Source: Delftia acidovorans NBRC 14950
GTDB lineage: Bacteria > Pseudomonadota > Gammaproteobacteria > Burkholderiales > Burkholderiaceae_C
Reading direction: 5' to 3'
Length of the DNA stretch: 32,000 nucleotides
Assembly: GCF_001598795.1 (NCBI RefSeq)
Contig: NZ_BCZP01000005.1
Location: forward strand, 120,001-152,000
Below the pieces are notes generated by a model. It saw nothing but the letters and a program-made list of their open reading frames with translations. It had not been told where the DNA came from and searched no databases. A program made the translations under genes and the position numbers. This document shows positions 17,061-24,348 of the stretch, piece after piece. Positions within the stretch are counted from its first letter, which is position 1. Each line of letters begins with the position of its first letter.

Positions 17061-17750
17061 TCATTCGTTCATGGTTCGTGGGTAGATCTGGCCTGCCTTG
17101 AGCAGGGCGATGACGGTGTCGCGCTTGTGCTCCAGGTGGGCGACCAGCACCTGGCGCAGCGCGGCGGCATCGCGCGCCTGCAGCGCCTCCAGCATGCGTT
17201 CGTGCTCCTGGACGGCGCGCTTCCACTTGGCCGCGTCCTGGTTGGTGCGAAAGCGCAGCGACTGCACGCGGGCGTTGATGCGGCCATAGGTCTCGGCCAG
17301 CACGGGGTTGGCGGCGGCGCGGTTGATGGCCGAGTGGATCAGCGCATTGAGCCGGTAGTAGCCGGACAGGTCCTGGCGCGCATGGCTGGCCAGCATCTCG
17401 AAGTGCAGGGCCCTCACCTCGGCCAGTTGCTGCTCGCTGATGCGCTGCGCGGCCAGCTCGCCCGACATGCCCTCCAGCCCCGCCAGCACCTCGAAGGTCT
17501 GCAGCACATCGGCCTCGCCCAGCCGCACGGCCACGGCGCCGCGGTTGGGCACCAGGTCCACCAGCCCTTCGGAGGCCAGCAGCTTGATGGCCTCGCGCAG
17601 CGGCGTGCGCGAGACGCGCAGCTGCTCGCACAGCGCGCGCTCGTTGAGCTTGGCACCGGGCGGTATGCGCCCCTCCACCAGCCAGGTGCGCAGCCGCGCC
17701 GCCACCTGGTCATGCAGGGCAAGCCGCGAAATCTCGATGATCTCCGCCAT
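17061..17750 (-). CDS. GntR-family transcriptional regulator, FadR/FCD subfamily (paralog 2)
   Basis: Inside ORF 17061..18545(-), trimmed to the ATG at 17750 (MAEIIEISRLALHDQVAARLR...). Same architecture as paralog 1, with an identical N-terminus and recognition helix. Its stop lies 8 nt before the oxidoreductase start. Confidence 0.9.
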   Translation of the reverse strand: MAEIIEISRLALHDQVAARLRTWLVEGRIPPGAKLNERALCEQLRVSRTPLREAIKLLASEGLVDLVPNRGAVAVRLGEADVLQTFEVLAGLEGMSGELAAQRISEQQLAEVRALHFEMLASHARQDLSGYYRLNALIHSAINRAAANPVLAETYGRINARVQSLRFRTNQDAAKWKRAVQEHERMLEALQARDAAALRQVLVAHLEHKRDTVIALLKAGQIYPRTMNE

Positions 17751-17760
17751 GGATTCTCCT

Positions 17761-17860
17761 GGTCGAATGAATTTTGCATTCATTTTTACGCAAGCATTTC
17801 TCAAGGCATTCATGGTTATCACCAAGGCATTTATGAATTTTGAATGCAAAAATTCGCAAA
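17761..17860. promoter_or_regulatory. AT-rich, repeat-dense divergent control region between gntR paralog 2 and the aminotransferase gene (candidate GntR operators)
   Basis: Read from the sequence. Inverted repeat aatgaat-tttgc-attcatt (17766-17784). TGGT-tatc-ACCA palindrome (17813-17824), resembling the FadR-subfamily T.GT..AC.A operator type. Direct repeats caag(g)catt at 17791, 17802 and 17823. atgaattttg repeated at 17768 and 17834. tgcattca (17775) versus tgaatgca (17841). Confidence 0.55.
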
Positions 17861-17909
17861 CACCCTCCCCCCGCAGACCGACCTGGCATTTCCTTGAAAG
17901 GGACGCACC

Positions 17910-19151
17910 ATGCTTACGCTCGACAACCATCCCACGGGCCGCCACTTCCTCCAGATCCCCGGCCCCAGCCCGGTTCCCGACCGCATCCTGCGGGCCATGA
18001 GCCTGCCCACCATCGACCACCGGGGGCCGGAGTTCGGCCAGCTCGGCCTGAAGGTGCTGGCCGGCATCCAGCAGGTCTTCAAGACCCGGCATCCGGTGGT
18101 GATCTATCCGGCCTCCGGCACGGGCGCCTGGGAGGCGGCCCTGATCAACACGCTCAGCCCTGGCGACCATGTGCTGATGTTCGAGACCGGCCACTTCGCC
18201 TCGCTGTGGCAGAAGATGGCCACGCGCCTGGGCCTGTCCACCGAATTCCTGTCCTATGGCGGCTCCGATGAGCACCTGCCCCAGGCGCCGGGCTGGCGCC
18301 ATGGCGTGCAGGCCGGCCTGATCGAGGCACGGCTGCGCAAGGACACGGAGCGCCGGATCCGCGCCGTGTGCGTGGTGCACAACGAGACCTCCACGGGGGT
18401 GACCTCGGACATCGCCGCCGTGCGCCGGGCCATCGATGCGGCGGGCCACCCGGCCCTGCTGCTGGTGGACACCATCTCGGGCCTGGCCAGCGCCGACTAC
18501 CGCCACGATGAATGGGGCGTGGACGTGACCATCAGCGGCTCGCAAAAGGGCCTGATGCTGCCGCCCGGCATCAGCTTCAACGCGCTGTCGGCACGTGCGC
18601 TGGAGGCCGCCAAAAGCGCGAAGCTGCCCAAGTCGTTCTGGGCCTGGGACGAGATCGTGGAGATGAACCAGACCGGCTACTGGCCCTACACGCCCAACAC
18701 CAACCTGCTGTACGCCCTATCCGAATCGCTGGACATGCTGCTGGCCGAAGGGCTGGACACGGTGTTTGCGCGCCACCAGCGCTGGGCGGCCGGCGTGCGC
18801 GCCGCCGTCCAGGCCTGGGGCCTGCCCATCCAGTGCGCCGATCCGCAGGTCTACTCGCCCGTGCTCACCGGCGTGATCACGCCCGAAGGCGTGGATGCCG
18901 ACGCCCTGCGCCGCCTGATCCACACGCGCTTCGACCTGTCGCTGGGCGCGGGCCTGGGCAAGCTCAAGGGCCGCATGTTCCGCATGGGCCACCTGGGCGA
19001 CAGCAACGACCTCACGTTGCTGGCCATGGTGGCGGGCGTGGAGATGGGCCTGAAGCTGTCCGGCATCCGGCTGGCCGGCAGCGGCGTGCAGGCGTCCATG
19101 GATTACTTCGCTGCTCACGCCGCAGCCGGTGCGCTGCGCAAGGCCGCCTGA
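17910..19151 (+). CDS. Class-V pyridoxal-phosphate aminotransferase (serine-glyoxylate / alanine-glyoxylate aminotransferase-like)
   Basis: 413-aa ORF. HFLQIPGPSPVPDRILRAM, IDHRGPEF, VVHNETSTGV and the PLP-lysine motif TISGSQKGLMLPPG. Confidence 0.9.
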   Translation: MLTLDNHPTGRHFLQIPGPSPVPDRILRAMSLPTIDHRGPEFGQLGLKVLAGIQQVFKTRHPVVIYPASGTGAWEAALINTLSPGDHVLMFETGHFASLWQKMATRLGLSTEFLSYGGSDEHLPQAPGWRHGVQAGLIEARLRKDTERRIRAVCVVHNETSTGVTSDIAAVRRAIDAAGHPALLLVDTISGLASADYRHDEWGVDVTISGSQKGLMLPPGISFNALSARALEAAKSAKLPKSFWAWDEIVEMNQTGYWPYTPNTNLLYALSESLDMLLAEGLDTVFARHQRWAAGVRAAVQAWGLPIQCADPQVYSPVLTGVITPEGVDADALRRLIHTRFDLSLGAGLGKLKGRMFRMGHLGDSNDLTLLAMVAGVEMGLKLSGIRLAGSGVQASMDYFAAHAAAGALRKAA

Positions 19152-19256
19152 ACCCATCGGCCCCGCGCCGAAAACCCTTGGCAGAGCCGGAGCACATGGC
19201 TCGCCCCCTTGATCGTGGATTGCACCAATACCAGGAAATAACAGGAGACAAGAGAC

Positions 19257-20294
19257 ATGACATCGCCCCGCAACCGCCTGGCGGCAACTGCCGTCGCCAC
19301 CCTCGCCGCCACCGCCCTCTGCGCCCTCTCAGCCCCTGCCGCCTGGGCGCAGTGGAAGCCCGCCAAGTCCGTCGAACTCGTCGTGCCGTTCTCGGCCGGT
19401 GGCGCCTCGGACCAGATGGCGCGCGTGATCCAGGCCATCGTCACCAAACACAAGCTGATCGAGCAGCCCGTGGTCATCCTCAACAAGGCGGGCGCCTCCG
19501 GCGCCGAGGGCATTCTGGACGTCAAGGCCTCGGCGCGCGACCCGCACAAGCTGCTGGTGGCCTCCACGGCCATCTTCACTCTGCCCATGGCCACGGCCCT
19601 GCCCTTCCAGTGGCGCGACCTGAATCCCGTGGCCATGATTGCCCAGGACCAGTTCGTGCTCTGGGTCAATGCCGAGACCGGCTACCAGACGCCCGCCGAC
19701 TACCTGGCCGCAGCGCGGCAGGCCGGCGGCAAGTTCAAGATGGGCGGCACCAGTTCCAAGCGCGAGGACCAGATCATCACCGCCAACATGGAACAGGCCG
19801 CCGGCGTGAAGTTCACCTACATCCCCTACAAGGGCGGCGGCGAGGCCAGCACCCAGCTGGTGGGCAAGCACATCGACTCCAACGTCAACAACCCCAGCGA
19901 GTCCATGGCGCAGTGGCGCGCGGGCCAGGTGCGGGCGCTTTGCGTGTTCGACACGCAGCGCATCGAGTACACGGCCAAGGTCACGGGCAGCCAGGCGCTG
20001 TCGGACATCCCCACCTGCAGGGAGCAGGGCCTGGATGTGCAATACACCATGCTGCGCGGCTTCTTCCTGCCGCCCGGCACCACGCCCGAGCAGGCGCAGT
20101 TCTATGCAGGCGTGATGCACAAGGTGGTGGCCACGCCCGAGTGGAAGGAGTACCTGGAGAAAAACGCGCTCAAGCCCGAGTACATGACGGGGCAGGCCTT
20201 CGTGGACTTCCTGGCCAAGGACGAGACGCGCCACCTCGACATCATGAAGAAGGCCGGTTTCCTGTCGGCCAGCGTGGCCGCCGCCGCCAAGTGA
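19257..20294 (+). CDS. tctC: Tripartite tricarboxylate transporter substrate-binding protein (Bug/TctC family)
   Basis: 345-aa ORF. Signal peptide ending APAAWAQ, then KSVELVVPFSAGGASDQMARV and PYKGGGEA motifs. AGGAGA lies 9 nt upstream. Confidence 0.9.
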   Translation: MTSPRNRLAATAVATLAATALCALSAPAAWAQWKPAKSVELVVPFSAGGASDQMARVIQAIVTKHKLIEQPVVILNKAGASGAEGILDVKASARDPHKLLVASTAIFTLPMATALPFQWRDLNPVAMIAQDQFVLWVNAETGYQTPADYLAAARQAGGKFKMGGTSSKREDQIITANMEQAAGVKFTYIPYKGGGEASTQLVGKHIDSNVNNPSESMAQWRAGQVRALCVFDTQRIEYTAKVTGSQALSDIPTCREQGLDVQYTMLRGFFLPPGTTPEQAQFYAGVMHKVVATPEWKEYLEKNALKPEYMTGQAFVDFLAKDETRHLDIMKKAGFLSASVAAAAK

Positions 20295-20305
20295 GGAGCC
20301 GCGCC

Positions 20306-20893
20306 ATGGACACCGCCATCCACCTTGCCCCGCCCTCCTCCAATGCAGCGGCAGCAGCAGCCCCGGCCCAGCCCTCCAGCGCGGCCACCGAATCCATCCC
20401 CGCCACCGAAGCCCAGGCCCCCGGCCTGTCCCGCCGCCATGTGGAGTACGGCGTGGCCGCCGTGCTGCTGGCGCTGGCTGTGCTCGTGGTCTGGGACAAC
20501 CAGCGCATTGGCGCGGGCTGGAGCGACACCGGCCCGCAGGCCGGCTACTTCCCGCTGCGCGTGGGCGCCGTGCTGGGCATCTGCGCCATCGCCGTCTTCG
20601 TGCAGGCGCTGCGCAGCCGCAGCCAGGAGCAGTTCGCCAGCTGGCTGCAGCTCAGGCGCGTGGCCCAGGTGCTGCTGCCGCTGACGGCCTACATCGCCGT
20701 GATCGCGCCGCTGGGCATCTACGCGGCCTCGGTGCTGTTCATCACGGGCTTCATGGTGTTTGCGGGCCGCTATGCCTGGTGGAAGGCCGTGGCGCTGTCG
20801 GGCTTCACCAGCGTGCTGCTGTTCTACGTCTTCGAGATCCAGTTCAAGGTGCCCCTGCCCAAGGGTCCGCTTGAAGCCTGGCTCGGCTATTGA
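20306..20893 (+). CDS. tctB: Tripartite tricarboxylate transporter small membrane subunit TctB, with a low-complexity N-terminal extension
   Basis: Final third of the spurious 18512..20893 ORF. ATG at 20306 preceded by GAGGAG (20293-20298). Four predicted TM helices, position between tctC and tctA. Confidence 0.8.
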   Translation: MDTAIHLAPPSSNAAAAAAPAQPSSAATESIPATEAQAPGLSRRHVEYGVAAVLLALAVLVVWDNQRIGAGWSDTGPQAGYFPLRVGAVLGICAIAVFVQALRSRSQEQFASWLQLRRVAQVLLPLTAYIAVIAPLGIYAASVLFITGFMVFAGRYAWWKAVALSGFTSVLLFYVFEIQFKVPLPKGPLEAWLGY

Positions 20894-20920
20894 CCCCTGT
20901 CGCCGCCACGGAGCAACACC

Positions 20921-22429
20921 ATGGACGAACTCCAATACCTTGCGCACGGCTTCGCGGCCGTCACCACCTGGCAGAACACGGGGCTGATGCTCACGGGCAT
21001 CCTGCTGGGCATCGTGGTCGGCGTGCTGCCGGGCCTGGGTGGCCCCAACGGCGTGGCCATCCTGCTGCCGCTGACCTTCGGCATGTCGCCGACCTCGGCC
21101 ATCATCCTGCTGTCTTGCATCTACTGGGGGGCGCTGTTCGGCGGCGCCATCACCTCGGTGCTGTTCAACATCCCGGGCGAGGCCTGGTCGGTGGCCACCA
21201 CCTTCGACGGCTATCCCATGGCCCAGCAGGGCCACGCCGGGGCGGCGCTGACCACGGCCTTCACGGGCTCGTTCATCGGCGCCATCTCGGGCGTGATGCT
21301 GATCACCTTCCTGGCGCCGGTCGTGGCCTCGTTCGCGCTGCAGTTCGGGCCGCCGGAGTTCTTTGCGGTCTTCTTCCTGACGTTTTGCTCCTTCATCGGC
21401 ATGGGCAAGGAGCCCAAGGCCAAGATCGTGGCCGCCATGGCCGTGGGCCTGCTACTGGCGGCCGTGGGCATGGACACCATCTCGGGCGACCTGCGCATGA
21501 CCTTCGGCTCCACCGAGCTGCTGCGCGGCTTTGATTTCCTGGTGGTGGTGATCGGCCTGTTCGGCATCAGCGAAATCCTGATGACCATCGAGGAAGGCCT
21601 GGCCTTCAAGGGCAAGAAGGCCTCCATCGACCTCAAGGTGGTGTTCAGGACCTGGGCCCAGCTGCCGCGCTACTGGCTGACCATGCTGCGCTCGGCCCTG
21701 GTGGGCTGCTGGATGGGCGTGACGCCGGGCGGCGCCGTGGCGGCCAGCTTCATGGGCTACGGGCTGGCCAAGAAGTTCTCGCGCGACCCCGACAGCTTCG
21801 GCAAGGGCAACCCCGAAGGCGTGCTCGCCCCCGAGACCGCCGCCCACGCGGCCGGCACCTCGGCCCTGCTGCCCATGCTGGCCCTGGGCATTCCGGGCTC
21901 GGCCACGGCGGCCGTGCTGCTGGGCGGGCTGATGATCTGGGGGCTGCAGCCCGGCCCGCTGCTGTTCACCGAGCAAAAGGACTTCGTCTGGGGACTGATC
22001 GCCAGCATGTACCTGGGCAACATCGCCGGCCTGGTCATCGTCATGGCCACCGTGCCACTGTTCGCCGCCATCCTGCGCGTGCCGTTTTCCATCGTCGCGC
22101 CCATGATCCTCATGGTCTGCGCCATCGGCGCCTTCACCGTCCACGGCAACGCCACCGACATCTGGCTCATGCTGGTCTTCGGCGTGGTCGGCTATGTCTT
22201 CAAGAAGCTGGACTATCCGCTGGCGCCCATGGTCCTGGCCATCGTGCTGGGCGACCGCATGGAAGACGCCTTCCGCCAGAGCATGCTCTCCAGCCAGGGC
22301 GAGCTGGGCATCTTCTGGCACAACGGCCTGTCGGGCACCATCACCACGCTGGCCCTGCTGATGCTGGTGTGGCCGCTGCTGGGCAAGTTGCGGGCGATGG
22401 CGTTCGGGAGCCGAGCTGTGGCGGCCTGA
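20921..22429 (+). CDS. tctA: Tripartite tricarboxylate transporter permease TctA
   Basis: 502-aa polytopic ORF. GVLPGLGGPNGVAILLPLTF, ETAAHAAGTSALLPMLALGIPGSATAAVLLG. Confidence 0.92.
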   Translation: MDELQYLAHGFAAVTTWQNTGLMLTGILLGIVVGVLPGLGGPNGVAILLPLTFGMSPTSAIILLSCIYWGALFGGAITSVLFNIPGEAWSVATTFDGYPMAQQGHAGAALTTAFTGSFIGAISGVMLITFLAPVVASFALQFGPPEFFAVFFLTFCSFIGMGKEPKAKIVAAMAVGLLLAAVGMDTISGDLRMTFGSTELLRGFDFLVVVIGLFGISEILMTIEEGLAFKGKKASIDLKVVFRTWAQLPRYWLTMLRSALVGCWMGVTPGGAVAASFMGYGLAKKFSRDPDSFGKGNPEGVLAPETAAHAAGTSALLPMLALGIPGSATAAVLLGGLMIWGLQPGPLLFTEQKDFVWGLIASMYLGNIAGLVIVMATVPLFAAILRVPFSIVAPMILMVCAIGAFTVHGNATDIWLMLVFGVVGYVFKKLDYPLAPMVLAIVLGDRMEDAFRQSMLSSQGELGIFWHNGLSGTITTLALLMLVWPLLGKLRAMAFGSRAVAA

Positions 22430-22433
22430 GACG

Positions 22434-23477
22434 CTAATCCCTGTACCGCTTCTTGCGAAACGCCAGCCAGGCGGCGATGACGGTGAAGGCGATCACGATG
22501 GACACCACGATCCAGAAGCCGTGCTCGTGCTCTGCCAGCGGTATGCCGCCCACGTTCATGCCGAACAGGCCGGCCAGGATGTTGATGGGCAGGGCCAGCA
22601 CGGTGACCACGGTCAGCACGAAGAGGCTGTTGCTGTTGTCCTCGTTCACGGCGGCGGCCACTTCTTCCTGCAGCAGCTTGATGCGGTCCTGCAGGGTCTG
22701 CATGTCGCGCAGCATGAGCGAGAACTCCTCGCTGGCGGCGGCCAGGCCGCGGCGGTCGTCCTCGCCCATCCAGGCGGGGGGCTGCTGCAGCAGGCGGAAC
22801 AGCGCGGCCGGCTCGGGCGCCAGCAGGCGCTGCAGGCGCACCAGCAGCCGGCGCAGCCGGCCCAGGTGGGCACGCGGATGGTGGTAGCGCTGCGCGATGA
22901 TGGCGTCTTCGATGTCGTCCACGCGCGCCGTGGTCTCGCGCACCACCTTGACCAGCACGTCGGCCTGGGTGCGCATCAGGTGTTCCAGCAGCTCGGCCGT
23001 GCTGGCGGGGCTGTCGCCCTGGCGCACGCCGGCACGCAGCGCATCGACCGAGCGCAGCGGCTGGGTGCGCGCGGTGACGACCAGGCGCTCGTCCAGGCAG
23101 ATCCACAGCGTGGCGATGTCGGCCGACTCGAAGTTGAACTCGAAATTCACATCGTTGAGCACGGCGACCAGGGAGTCATCGGAGCGCTCGATGCGCGTGG
23201 AGGCCAAGCCCTCGCGCAGCGTGGTGTAGAAGACTTCGGGCAGCGCGGCGTGGCGCTGCAGCCAGCGCAGGGACTGGGTATTGGCCAGGTTGAAGTGCAG
23301 CCACAGGAAGTCGCGCCGGCCGGGCTCGGTGAGCGGACGCTCTCCACCCAGCCACTGCGCGGCCGACTGCGCCGTCATGGCCTCCACACGCCGCTGCGTG
23401 TCGCAGAAAAACCGCCAGCCGCAGATCAGGCCTGCGTCTTCATTGGCCTGGGCCAGGGGGGAGGCTGCGTCAGTCAT
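22434..23477 (-). CDS. zntB: CorA-superfamily divalent metal transporter, ZntB-like
   Basis: ORF 22434..23564(-) trimmed to the ATG at 23477 (MTDAASPLAQ...). Cytoplasmic alpha/beta domain, two C-terminal TM helices, signature LFGMNVGGIP. Confidence 0.85.
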   Translation of the reverse strand: MTDAASPLAQANEDAGLICGWRFFCDTQRRVEAMTAQSAAQWLGGERPLTEPGRRDFLWLHFNLANTQSLRWLQRHAALPEVFYTTLREGLASTRIERSDDSLVAVLNDVNFEFNFESADIATLWICLDERLVVTARTQPLRSVDALRAGVRQGDSPASTAELLEHLMRTQADVLVKVVRETTARVDDIEDAIIAQRYHHPRAHLGRLRRLLVRLQRLLAPEPAALFRLLQQPPAWMGEDDRRGLAAASEEFSLMLRDMQTLQDRIKLLQEEVAAAVNEDNSNSLFVLTVVTVLALPINILAGLFGMNVGGIPLAEHEHGFWIVVSIVIAFTVIAAWLAFRKKRYRD

Positions 23478-23557
23478 GGATGGGTGGGGCACCTGCGGGG
23501 AGTGGCCTGCGCGGGCCGGACAAGTGCGGGATTCTTGGCCGCCTCCATGACAGAGGT

Positions 23558-23571
23558 GTGACAACTGTCAC
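23558..23571. promoter_or_regulatory. Perfect 6-2-6 palindrome GTGACA-AC-TGTCAC upstream of zntB
   Basis: Arms are exact reverse complements. Lies 81-94 nt upstream of the zntB start codon and about 50 nt downstream of the orphan gene stop. Confidence 0.35.
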
Positions 23572-23584
23572 GGAGTCGTCATCC

Positions 23585-23600
23585 GGGGGGTCTGCCCCCC
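23585..23600 (-). terminator. G6/C6 hairpin (gggggg-tctg-cccccc) downstream of the orphan gene, no U-tract
   Basis: Read from the sequence, 23 nt after the stop at 23623. The terminator role is tentative. Confidence 0.3.
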
Positions 23601-23622
23601 AGTCGGGGGTGCGGCGCAGGCC

Positions 23623-24240
23623 TCAGCACATCACGACGTTCTCCAGTGTGAACGAGAACGGCGTGGACCCGGCGCCCGCACCGCCGCCTCGCATCACGAT
23701 GTCGGCGCGCGAGATGCCCAGCAGGGAGATCTCGGTGTTGATGTCGCCCAGGATGGCCGAGTTCATGACCTGGCCCTGTTCGATCTGCGAGACCACCCCG
23801 ATCCAGATGGAGGGCTTGAATTCGAAGACGGCCTTTTGCTGGGGGGCAATCGCGGTCTTGACGGCCAGCAGCCGGCCGTCCTTGTAACAACTGGCATTGA
23901 TGGCGCCCCGGGGCAGCGAGTTGAGCACCTGCACTTCGTTGGAGCTTGCGCCATAGCCTGCGGGCGCCAGGCGATCGCCGCTGCTGCTCAGGGACAGTTG
24001 GAACTGCTGGCCGAACTGCGCCTCCAGCTGGGGCGTGTGGTTGCCATAGCTGTCGCTGGCACCGACCTGCAGGCCCAGCGGGAAGGTGAACGGGTGGTTG
24101 TCGCCCTGGCCGCAGTACTTGATGACCCGCCAGGCCACGGCCAGTTCCTCGAAATCGCTGGCCACGTTTTTCTGGAAGATGACGATCTGCGAGTTGTTTG
24201 CGTCGTTCGATTGATTGACGAAGTTGAGTTGAACGCCCAT
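23623..24240 (-). CDS. Hypothetical protein, about 205 aa, predicted all-beta, no signal peptide, family not recognised
   Basis: ORF 23623..24261(-) trimmed to the ATG at 24240, preceded by AGGAGAG at 6-nt spacing. GC is visibly lower (about 60%) than in the flanks. Alternating hydrophobic patterns (VQLNFVN, IVIFQKN, FTFPLGLQV, AVFEFKPSIWIGVV, FSFTLENVV). Confidence 0.7.
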   Translation of the reverse strand: MGVQLNFVNQSNDANNSQIVIFQKNVASDFEELAVAWRVIKYCGQGDNHPFTFPLGLQVGASDSYGNHTPQLEAQFGQQFQLSLSSSGDRLAPAGYGASSNEVQVLNSLPRGAINASCYKDGRLLAVKTAIAPQQKAVFEFKPSIWIGVVSQIEQGQVMNSAILGDINTEISLLGISRADIVMRGGGAGAGSTPFSFTLENVVMC

Positions 24241-24259
24241 GCATCTCTCCTGATGGATC

Positions 24260-24280
24260 AAAAAAGCGCTGCGGCGCTTT
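24260..24280 (-). terminator. Rho-independent-type terminator after pdeM
   Basis: The - strand reads AAAGCGC-CGCA-GCGCTTT followed by TTT (six T in a row). Sits 69 nt after the pdeM stop and only about 20 nt before the orphan gene start codon. Confidence 0.5.
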
Positions 24281-24348
24281 CTGCTGCCCCGCCGTGCGGG
24301 CGCAAGCGCACTGTAGGGAACAACGATCCTTCAGAAAATTACGCCTGA

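Noticed and set aside
13966-17631. N-terminally extended versions of real genes in the ORF track: 13966..17631, 17061..18545, 525..2237, 2032..2805, 22434..23564, 24349..25146, 9345..11600, 11637..12785 and 30745..31215.
   Set aside because: The extensions overlap upstream genes or consist of Arg/Ala/Pro-rich junk. Internal ATGs coincide with the family-typical N-termini, and in most cases with an SD or a stop-start junction, so I trimmed the calls.
18512-20893. 793-aa + strand ORF spanning the aminotransferase 3' end, tctC and tctB.
   Set aside because: Only the last 195 codons (from the ATG at 20306, which has a GAGGAG SD) look like a real protein (TctB). The upstream part is an out-of-frame read through the aminotransferase and tctC.
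23623-24240. The orphan beta-rich gene as a fifth member of the ligase-associated repair operon.
   Set aside because: It is separated from pdeM by 108 nt containing a hairpin plus T-tract. It has a different GC content and is not part of the known four-gene cassette. Read-through expression is still possible (see the finding at 24260-24348).
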